Below are positions 27,416-35,103 of a DNA stretch of 64,000 nucleotides, piece by piece (the first letter of the stretch is position 1; every line of letters starts with the position of its first letter). Location of the stretch: positions 7,082 to 71,081 of the forward strand of contig CAYFLU010000002.1 in the NCBI GenBank assembly GCA_964343975.1, given 5' to 3'. Both the position numbers and the translations under genes were made by a program. Below the pieces are notes generated by a model. It searched no databases. It saw nothing but the letters and a program-made list of their open reading frames with translations, and was not told where the DNA came from. The DNA comes from an uncultured Solibacteraceae bacterium. Lineage in GTDB: Bacteria > Acidobacteriota > Vicinamibacteria > Vicinamibacterales > SCN-69-37.

Positions 27416-28689
27416 ACAGGCCGGCGTTCGACGCGCTTATAGGATCGATTGAGGCCGTTGCCGGCCATCGGTTCACCCAAGCACTCCGTCATCATCCGCT
27501 CAGTGATGACATCGTGCTGCGATTGGCCACCCCAGAGGAGGTGCGCCGGGTAGTGGTGCCAGTTCGGCGCGACAGCGGTGCCCTGGAGATGCTCACCGCC
27601 TGGCGGGTCTGTCACTCCCGCGCGCTCGGTCCCAGCAAGGGCGGTGTGCGGTTCGCTGCGGACGTCAGCGAGTCGCAGTTACTGGCACTGGCCTTTCGCA
27701 TCATGTTGAAATGCGCCGTCAATGGATTGCCGCATGGCGGTGCCGGTGGGGGCGTGGTCGTTGCGCCGCATACGCTCTCGCGCACCGAACGTGAGCAGGT
27801 AGCACGTCGGTACGTTGATGCGCTCGGCGCGGCGGTGGCCGTCGACCGCGACATCCTGTCGCCAGACTTGGGGACCGATGCCGAAACCATGGCCTGGATG
27901 GCCGATCAGCACACGAAGGCCATTGGCGACTATCCCGCTGGCGCCATCAACGGGAAGCCCGTGGCACTCGGAGGTATACCGGGCCGGCCAGGGGCGACGG
28001 CCCGTGGCGCGTGGATCGTTCTTGACCAGGTGCTGCGCGCCGTCGAAGTGCGACCGAAAGGGCTGACTTTTGCGATACAGGGGTACGGCAGCGCGGGCGG
28101 GCATCTGGCCGTCTTGCTTGAGCGGCAGGGCCTGCGTCTCGTGGCCGCCGCGGACGGCAGCGGCGCCCTTAGTAACCCGGCGGGCCTGAATGCTGCCGCG
28201 CTGTGGGCGCATAAGCAGGCTGGCGGCCGGTTCAGTGATCTTCAGATGGCCGCGGCTCGACACGGCGCAGCGGTCGACGTACTGACCGCGGATGCCGACA
28301 TCCTCATACCGGCGGCGACGGACAACCAGATTACCGCCGGGCTCGCGTCCCGGCTTTCGGCGCGTTTCGTGCTGGAAATTGCGAATGGTCCCGTGGCATC
28401 CGATGCCGAGCCCGTGCTGGCATCGAGAGGGATTACCGTCATCCCGGATCTTGTGGCGAACGCCGGTGGCATAACGATGAGCCATTTCGAATGGCGGCAG
28501 AACCGCGAGGGCGCACGTTGGACGGAAGCCGACGCGCGTGAGCGGTTGGACGCGCGCATGGCGGACACGTCCCGAGCGTTGATCGACGCCGCGACGCGCC
28601 ACGCCGTGCCCCTGGCCGTCGCTGCGCAACTTCTCGCGATCGATCGCCTTGAGCGCGTCCTACAGTCGTCGTTGGCTACGCTCAATTGA
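27412..28689 (+). CDS. Glu/Leu/Phe/Val dehydrogenase family protein (amino-acid dehydrogenase)
   Basis: ATG 27412 forms an ATGA junction. GPSKGGVRF is the catalytic-Lys motif. The C-terminal half is an NAD(P) Rossmann fold (FAIQGYGSAGGHLA). VIPDLVANAGGITMSHFEW is typical of the family. Confidence 0.8.
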   Translation: MNRPAFDALIGSIEAVAGHRFTQALRHHPLSDDIVLRLATPEEVRRVVVPVRRDSGALEMLTAWRVCHSRALGPSKGGVRFAADVSESQLLALAFRIMLKCAVNGLPHGGAGGGVVVAPHTLSRTEREQVARRYVDALGAAVAVDRDILSPDLGTDAETMAWMADQHTKAIGDYPAGAINGKPVALGGIPGRPGATARGAWIVLDQVLRAVEVRPKGLTFAIQGYGSAGGHLAVLLERQGLRLVAAADGSGALSNPAGLNAAALWAHKQAGGRFSDLQMAAARHGAAVDVLTADADILIPAATDNQITAGLASRLSARFVLEIANGPVASDAEPVLASRGITVIPDLVANAGGITMSHFEWRQNREGARWTEADARERLDARMADTSRALIDAATRHAVPLAVAAQLLAIDRLERVLQSSLATLN

Positions 28690-30824
28690 CGACGTCATTC
28701 ACTATGTCCAAGCTCTTCTATCTGCATTCCGACCTGCCCGGCCTTCGAGACGCGGTGACCGCCGATTACGGCGTGGCCTTTGTTGGTGACGCGCGCGACC
28801 CCGACAGGCTTGAGCCTTTGGAGCTCGCGGCATTCACGATTCGGCTGGCGCGAAAGCTCGGTGTGCTCCCGACGGTGCCGTATGCAGCGACGCGCTTGCC
28901 GTACAGCGACGACAACGACAATGTCGTTTTCGATGCGCCGCTCGCAACGTTGGTGGCGGGGCGTCGGGTGCAGTACCTGCGCGGCTGGAAGGCCTACGCC
29001 AGTTGTGTCAAGTGCTACAACGCGCTCGGACTCATGGGCGAACACGTCCTGCGTGAATTGCGCCGGTTGCGGGCCTCGACGATTGAGGAGCGTCGCGCGC
29101 ACGTGCACGCCTTCGTGCGGTCGAGGTCGCGCACCGAGGCCGGCGGCGCCATCCGGCCCCTGTTCGACGAGGATGCAGTGGGCCGGCTGACGCCGGGCCA
29201 ACTCGATCACGTCGACCTAGAGGCGGTTGCGATCTGGAGGACCTTCTCGCGTCGGCCCATAGTGTGTTCGACGTCGTCGAACATGGGGATCTCCCTGCAT
29301 CAAGCACTGCGCTTCATGCAGGCCACCGCGGTCGACGTTGCGGGCCGGCGCGGCACCGTGCTGAACGGTGATGAAGGCCGCCTGATCATCTGGTGTCCAG
29401 ACGAACAGGCTGACTTCATGAATCCGGAGAAGACCGAGCACCTGCGGTCCCTTGAGACCGAGCAGCCGCCGCTGACGGTGCTGCATACGTACATCAACCG
29501 CAAGCAACGGGATCCCGGCGCACTCCGTGACGCGTTGGAAGCCGGCGGCTACTTCTTCCCGACAAATCCGCAGAGTGCGGACGAGATGCAGAACCTGCTC
29601 GCCAATGCGCTCGGCGACATGGCCAAGCAACGCCGCTCCACCACTGCGGATCTGCTCGCCGATGCCAACGTCCGAGACACACTGGCGTCGCTTGGCTGCA
29701 TCGTCGACGGCGGACACGTGGTCGTGCGAAGCGGGGTCGAGGGTGGGCTTTATGGCCTGATGGCGGCATACCTTTTGATGCTTGAGGAGACGTTGCCGCG
29801 CCACGACGCGTCGGCCTTGTCAACGTGGAATCAGGCGTCGATCGGCGCGGCCTTGGCCGCGGCGATTTTGGCGGATCGGCAGCTGCGGGGCTTCGCTGAT
29901 TTGCCGGCTTCGACACGGGACGCCGTGGCCGACGCGTGTCCGGGGCTGGCTGCGGCGCTTGGAGAACGGCGCCTCGGCTTGGACGTGGATACACAGATTC
30001 ATGGCGTGTTCGATCTGGCGAACCTGCAGTCGTTGGGACAGCTCCTGGGCGTCGTCGTTGAGCGCCACCTGTCAGGACGGGGCACGGCGTTTGTCGGTTT
30101 GGGGTCGAGTTCATACTCGAACGGCAATCGCTGCTACGAGATCCTCCGAGACAGCTTCACGCAAGGCGGCCCCTTTCGTGGCCGCGATGGGTTTCACCCG
30201 GCCACGCATACGCTCAATCCCGTTGCGCAGGCGCTGGTGTACGCCGATGATTTGCGGCGCGCGAGTCGTCATCCGCGCTTCGCTTCGCTCGCCTCGGAGG
30301 CGCGCCTGACGTGGCTGATGCAACACGCACGCAAACCGGAGCCCGCGGGCGCTGCCGCGATGGCTGGCTACCTGCTGACGCGACTCGATGCCGGCACGCT
30401 CTCCCTTGCTGAGGTTGCCGCGACGCTCCGGTTGTCGGGCTTCGATGCCTCACGATTCCTCGAGTTTGCGGGTTTCAGCCAGAGCGTCCAAGGCACAAAT
30501 TGGTTCCTGCAGGAGGCGACGGAAGAGGGCGCCTTCATGGAGGGACTCGCCCGGATCACCCTGCAACTGCTGGAGCTCGATATCACCGAACTCCTTTCCT
30601 TGGCGGCGCGCGAGCGAACGACGAGCGCGGAACGCTACCGGCAATCGCCGATTGATCCCGCGCCCTTCGAAGCGCGTCATCCGATCGTCACCATCTACCT
30701 GACCGGCGACAACACACGCCAGCCACGCGCCAAGCTGGTCGCGGCCATCTACGCAGACGCGCTGCGCCATCAGGCCGCGCTCGACGAACTCGTGGGGGGG
30801 GCGTATGCTGAACTCCTCGTCTGA
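28686..30824 (+). CDS. Large hypothetical protein (712 aa) with no domain I recognise
   Basis: It is a long, uninterrupted ORF with ordinary amino-acid composition. It is coupled to its neighbours by a TTGA junction at 28686 and a 20-nt overlap with the next gene. ATG 28704 is an alternative start. Confidence 0.6.
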   Translation: MTTSFTMSKLFYLHSDLPGLRDAVTADYGVAFVGDARDPDRLEPLELAAFTIRLARKLGVLPTVPYAATRLPYSDDNDNVVFDAPLATLVAGRRVQYLRGWKAYASCVKCYNALGLMGEHVLRELRRLRASTIEERRAHVHAFVRSRSRTEAGGAIRPLFDEDAVGRLTPGQLDHVDLEAVAIWRTFSRRPIVCSTSSNMGISLHQALRFMQATAVDVAGRRGTVLNGDEGRLIIWCPDEQADFMNPEKTEHLRSLETEQPPLTVLHTYINRKQRDPGALRDALEAGGYFFPTNPQSADEMQNLLANALGDMAKQRRSTTADLLADANVRDTLASLGCIVDGGHVVVRSGVEGGLYGLMAAYLLMLEETLPRHDASALSTWNQASIGAALAAAILADRQLRGFADLPASTRDAVADACPGLAAALGERRLGLDVDTQIHGVFDLANLQSLGQLLGVVVERHLSGRGTAFVGLGSSSYSNGNRCYEILRDSFTQGGPFRGRDGFHPATHTLNPVAQALVYADDLRRASRHPRFASLASEARLTWLMQHARKPEPAGAAAMAGYLLTRLDAGTLSLAEVAATLRLSGFDASRFLEFAGFSQSVQGTNWFLQEATEEGAFMEGLARITLQLLELDITELLSLAARERTTSAERYRQSPIDPAPFEARHPIVTIYLTGDNTRQPRAKLVAAIYADALRHQAALDELVGGAYAELLV

Positions 30825-32400
30825 GACTACGCTGGTGCGGCAGATCGCCGCGGTGTTTGCCCGCGAGCGCGATCGCACGTTCCTCGTCGAGTCGATGACA
30901 GGGCGCAGCTGGACGTTCGGCGAGATGCATGCCTGGGCGGAGCGCGCCGCTGCTATGCTGCGTCAGCAGGGCGTGAAGGCGGGCGACCGCGTCGCACTGC
31001 TTCTGGCCAACTCAGCGGAATTCGTCAGCCTGTATTTTGGCTGCCTGTTCATCGGGGCCGTCGCCGTTCCGGTGAATCAGTCGCTGCACCCGTCCGACAT
31101 GCGGTACATCCTGTCGCATTCAGGCGCGAGGCTGCTGTTGTTCTCGAGAACTACCCGGGCGATCCTCCTGCAAGCCACCGAAGGGCTGAGTTCTCTGCGT
31201 CAGGTGCGCGTGATGCTCGGGCAGGAACAGAGCTTCCACCCGGAGGACGTGGAGGAAACTTGGAACCACGAAACGGGCTCAACTGATCCGGATCTAGAAC
31301 CGCTGGAAGGCGTCGTTGATGGCGCCCCGCTGCTCATCCTCTATACCTCCGGTACGACGGGACGCCCGAAAGGCGTTGTGCACAGTGTGCGGTCGGAGTT
31401 CGGAAACGCTGTGGTGTTTAACGCGGCAATGGGTTTCGAGCCGACCGATCGTTTCCTGCACTTGTGGCCGATGGCGTACAGCAGTGGCTACTTGAACGCG
31501 CTCATGTCGCCGTTCATGGCCGGCGCGAGTGTCGTTCTCACGCCGGCCTTTGCGGCGCAGACGATCCTCACATTCTGGAGACCCGTCGTGGAGCACGGCG
31601 TGAATACGCTGTGGTTGTCGCCCACTATGATGGCGGCGCTGGTGCGCATGGACCGGGATGATGCCGGAGGGACGTACTGTCGGTCGCATGTCAGGTCCGT
31701 GTGTGCCGGCACGGCGCCCCTCCCGTTGAAACTGAAACGTGAGTTCGAAGACAAATACGGCGTCGAAGTGTTCGAGAGCTATGGATTGTCGGAACTTCTG
31801 ATCATCAGCGCCAACGTTCCACGCTGTCCGCGGCGCGCGGATTCGGTGGGACGCGTGTTGGCTGGCGTGGAGCTTGCCGTCGCAGATGATCTGGGGGCGC
31901 GGCTCCCGCAGGGCCAGGACGGCGAGATTCTCGTGCGCACTCCCTTCGCGATGTTGGGCTACGTCGCGCCCGACACGGGCGCGATTGAGCCGCTTGGCCC
32001 AGAAGACTGGTTCCCGACAGGGGACATTGGCCGACTCGCTGAAGATGGCAACCTGTTCATCACCGGACGCAAGAAGGACCTGATCATCCGGGGAGGGCAG
32101 AACCTCAGTCCGCGGGCGATTCGCGATGTGTTGCTGCGTCATCCCTCTGTTGTGGATGCCATCGTCGTCGGACTCCCGCACGATTTCTACGGCGAGGAAG
32201 TGGCCGTCGCCTTGAAGTTGGCGCCCGGCGCGGAGCTGGCAGACGAGCAGCTTTCGATTCTGCAACATTGCCGGCAGCACCTGAGTCAGCCGGCCGTCCC
32301 GACGGTGATCAGACAGATTGACGAGTTTCCTACGGGACCGACCGGCAAGGTTTTGACAGCGGCGGTGCGCGCGTGGCTAGCTATAGGGCAGACGCCATGA
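30805..32400 (+). CDS. AMP-dependent synthetase/ligase (acyl/aryl-CoA or acyl-carrier-protein ligase)
   Basis: Core motifs are LILYTSGTTGRPKGVVHS (A3), ESYGLSE, FPTGDIG, and GRKKDLIIRGGQNLSP (A8). Confidence 0.85.
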   Translation: MLNSSSETTLVRQIAAVFARERDRTFLVESMTGRSWTFGEMHAWAERAAAMLRQQGVKAGDRVALLLANSAEFVSLYFGCLFIGAVAVPVNQSLHPSDMRYILSHSGARLLLFSRTTRAILLQATEGLSSLRQVRVMLGQEQSFHPEDVEETWNHETGSTDPDLEPLEGVVDGAPLLILYTSGTTGRPKGVVHSVRSEFGNAVVFNAAMGFEPTDRFLHLWPMAYSSGYLNALMSPFMAGASVVLTPAFAAQTILTFWRPVVEHGVNTLWLSPTMMAALVRMDRDDAGGTYCRSHVRSVCAGTAPLPLKLKREFEDKYGVEVFESYGLSELLIISANVPRCPRRADSVGRVLAGVELAVADDLGARLPQGQDGEILVRTPFAMLGYVAPDTGAIEPLGPEDWFPTGDIGRLAEDGNLFITGRKKDLIIRGGQNLSPRAIRDVLLRHPSVVDAIVVGLPHDFYGEEVAVALKLAPGAELADEQLSILQHCRQHLSQPAVPTVIRQIDEFPTGPTGKVLTAAVRAWLAIGQTP

Positions 32401-33065
32401 CTCCGCGCATCATCGACCTCTCGTACGCCATTCATGAAGGCATGACGACCTACCCGGTGCACTGGCACTTGCCGGTGGAGATCACGCAGTTGGCGCGTCA
32501 CGGCATCGAGAATCGCGAAACCCGCAAGATCACGATGGGTACGCACTGCGGCACACACATCGATGCCCCACGCCACTTCATCCCTGGTGGGGGCACGGTC
32601 GACATGATTCCGCTCGATCTGCTGGTTGGGCCGGCGCGAGTGCTCGATATGACCCCGGTCGAGACGGCGAAGAAGTGCTACGACGTCGCCGACTTCGAGC
32701 ACCGGTTGGGCGATGAGCGCCCGCTGCGACTGATCCTCCGATTCGACTGGAGCGACCACTGGGGCACGATGAAGTACTACACCGACCAGCCGTTCATCTC
32801 GGAGGCGGCGGCGCAGTGGCTGATCGATCGCGGCGTGCGGCTGCTCGCGATGGATACGCCGCAAGTGGATAGTCCTGACCACGGACGAACAGGCCCTAAG
32901 GACTCGCCGAATCACAAGATCATGCTCGGGCAGGGCGCGTATTTTGTGGAGTACTGCACCAACCTCCGGTCCCTGTCGCAGACGCACGTGGAACTGGTCG
33001 TGTTGCCGCTCAATATCCTCGGATCGGATGGCGCACCCGCGCGCGTTGTGGCGATTGAGCGCTGA
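32397..33065 (+). CDS. Cyclase-family protein (kynurenine-formamidase fold)
   Basis: ATG 32397 forms an ATGA junction. The metal motif is HCGTHIDAPRHF (H-x-G-T-H-x-D-x-P-x-H). Confidence 0.75.
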   Translation: MTPRIIDLSYAIHEGMTTYPVHWHLPVEITQLARHGIENRETRKITMGTHCGTHIDAPRHFIPGGGTVDMIPLDLLVGPARVLDMTPVETAKKCYDVADFEHRLGDERPLRLILRFDWSDHWGTMKYYTDQPFISEAAAQWLIDRGVRLLAMDTPQVDSPDHGRTGPKDSPNHKIMLGQGAYFVEYCTNLRSLSQTHVELVVLPLNILGSDGAPARVVAIER

Positions 33066-33086
33066 TCGGCATCGGAATCCCCGGCC

Positions 33087-33899
33087 ATGAAGAAGGACTA
33101 CATCACCGTTGGCGACGCGGCGCTCGCCGACGACGAAACCCGTTTCGTCGAAGCGTTCTGGACGAAGAACTGGCAGGCCAACCAGACGGGCCCCGACCTG
33201 TCGTCGATTCTGTCGCGCGAGGAGTATCGCCGGATGAAGCCGTTTCTGGACCGGTTGCCCAAGGGCAGCCGAATCCTCGACGGCGGATGCGGCCTCGGTG
33301 AGTGGACCGTCTTTCTTGGACAGCAGGGCTTCGACACGGTGGGACTCGACCTCAGCGCGGAGACCGTCGCCTTGCTGAACTCCCGCTTTCCGTCACTGTC
33401 CTTCGTCCGGGGAGACATCCGGCAGACGACGTTTGCGGATGGGTCGTTTGCGGCCTGTTTTGCCTGGGGTACCTTTGAGCACTTCGAGAACGGCCTTGCC
33501 GATTGTCTGAATGAGGTGCATCGGCTGTTGCCGCCCGGCGGCTTCCTGTTCATGACGGTGCCGTTCCAGAACTGGCGCCACGTGGTGCGCGAGGCCGGTT
33601 CGCTCGAGCGATGGGACACGAACTTCGATCCGGCCGCCGGCTACCGACAGCCCCACCGGTTCTATCAGTGGCGGTTCACGCGTCAGGAATTGCGACGCGA
33701 ATTGGAACTGCGCGGGTTTCGCGTGCATGAGGTCGTTCCGGTTGGCAAGGACGCCGGCGTCGGGCGTTGGCTACAGTGGGATTTCCGGATTGCGAAGAAG
33801 GGCACGCGCGCGTTCGGCGTGGCGCGACGGATCTTCTCCCGACTCCTGCCGGCGTCGTATATCAGTCACATGTTGTTTGCCGTCGCGGAGCGCCGGTGA
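33087..33899 (+). CDS. Class I SAM-dependent methyltransferase
   Basis: Motifs are ILDGGCGLGEWTVFL, VGLDLS, FAWGTFEHF, and LPPGGFLFMTVPF. Confidence 0.8.
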   Translation: MKKDYITVGDAALADDETRFVEAFWTKNWQANQTGPDLSSILSREEYRRMKPFLDRLPKGSRILDGGCGLGEWTVFLGQQGFDTVGLDLSAETVALLNSRFPSLSFVRGDIRQTTFADGSFAACFAWGTFEHFENGLADCLNEVHRLLPPGGFLFMTVPFQNWRHVVREAGSLERWDTNFDPAAGYRQPHRFYQWRFTRQELRRELELRGFRVHEVVPVGKDAGVGRWLQWDFRIAKKGTRAFGVARRIFSRLLPASYISHMLFAVAERR

Positions 33900-33945
33900 C
33901 GATCCCTGCCGCAGGCGCGGCGGGTGACTGCGCGGGATCCCGAGC

Positions 33946-35094
33946 GTGATTGCCGAGGTTCGGACGTTCACATCCCAGAGCGGCCCCGACGAGTACTTCT
34001 TGGCGCTCGAGGGCCTGGCGGGTGCCGGACGGTTTGAGGCACAGGTCGAGCATTTGGCGGCACAGTATCGCGATCTGCTGGCCGCACGCGGCCTCGCTCC
34101 GACGACGGCCGTGTTCCACCGCGTGTTCGTCAGTGACTCACTGAACCAGCATGAGACCAAGGCGTTGGCAGCCTTTCGCGACATCGACGGCAGCCCCGTC
34201 GCGTGTTCGTTCATCCAGCAGCCGCCGCTCTCCGGCGGCAAGATCGCGCTGCTCGCGTACCACATCGCCGACCCGGCGATGCGGAAGGTACGCCTCGATC
34301 CGCACCATGTCTTGGTGGAGCGAGGCGGCGCCCGCTATTTGTGGAGCACCGGCTTGGCGTCGCCGGCGACATCCGCGGTCACGATTGCGGCCGATGCCCA
34401 GACCCGGGATGTGTTCGGACAGCTCCAGCGCCAATTGACGCAGTGCGGCGCGGCCCTGGCACCGCATTGCCAGCGGACGTGGCTGTTTGCCAAGGACGTG
34501 GACGTCTTTTACGAGGGCATGGTGCGTGCGCGGACGGCGCTCTTCGCGGCGTCGGGCCTCACGCCGGAGACCCACTACATTTCCAGCACCGGCATCGAAG
34601 GCGCCGGTGCTCATCCCTTCGCCGTCATCACTATGGACGCGTATTCGTGCCTGGATATCACGCCAGCGCAGGTGTCGTACTTGCACTCGGACGACATGCT
34701 CTGCCGGACGGATCGGTATCAAGTGACGTTCGAACGAGGCACGTGTCTCGACTACGCGGATCGTCGTCACTTGTTGATCTCGGGGACGGCCAGCATCGAC
34801 GCGGACGGTCAGACGCTCCATGAAGGTGATGTGATGCGGCAGTGTGACCGCGCGCTCGACAACGTCGCCGCGCTGCTCGCGTCACGCGGCGCCGGGCTCG
34901 CGGATCTGCAATACGTGATCGTGTATCTTCGCGACGCCTCCGACTACGATCAGATCCGGCGCCGGCTCTCGAACGTGTGTAATCACGTGCCGATGGTGAT
35001 CGTGCAGGGCGCGGTGTGCCGGCCCGCCTGGTTGATCGAAATCGAGGGTGTCGCGATGGTCGGGAACAACGATCCGTCGTTGCCGCGGTTCTGA
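33946..35094 (+). CDS. FkbO/Hyg5/XanB2-like chorismatase family protein (RidA-type fold)
   Basis: LLISGTASIDADGQTLHEGDVMRQCDRALDNVAALL matches the ISGTASI...H-x-GDV...Q core as I remember it for chorismatases. The roughly 380-aa, multi-domain size also fits. The call is from motif memory only. Confidence 0.55.
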   Translation: MIAEVRTFTSQSGPDEYFLALEGLAGAGRFEAQVEHLAAQYRDLLAARGLAPTTAVFHRVFVSDSLNQHETKALAAFRDIDGSPVACSFIQQPPLSGGKIALLAYHIADPAMRKVRLDPHHVLVERGGARYLWSTGLASPATSAVTIAADAQTRDVFGQLQRQLTQCGAALAPHCQRTWLFAKDVDVFYEGMVRARTALFAASGLTPETHYISSTGIEGAGAHPFAVITMDAYSCLDITPAQVSYLHSDDMLCRTDRYQVTFERGTCLDYADRRHLLISGTASIDADGQTLHEGDVMRQCDRALDNVAALLASRGAGLADLQYVIVYLRDASDYDQIRRRLSNVCNHVPMVIVQGAVCRPAWLIEIEGVAMVGNNDPSLPRF

Positions 35095-35103
35095 GGCCAC
35101 TGC

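Noticed and set aside
27412-28689. The Glu/Leu/Phe/Val dehydrogenase read as the housekeeping glutamate dehydrogenase gdhA.
   Set aside because: I cannot exclude this from the sequence alone. However, ATGA coupling on both sides to pathway-specific genes argues for a dedicated role, so I left the gene symbol empty.
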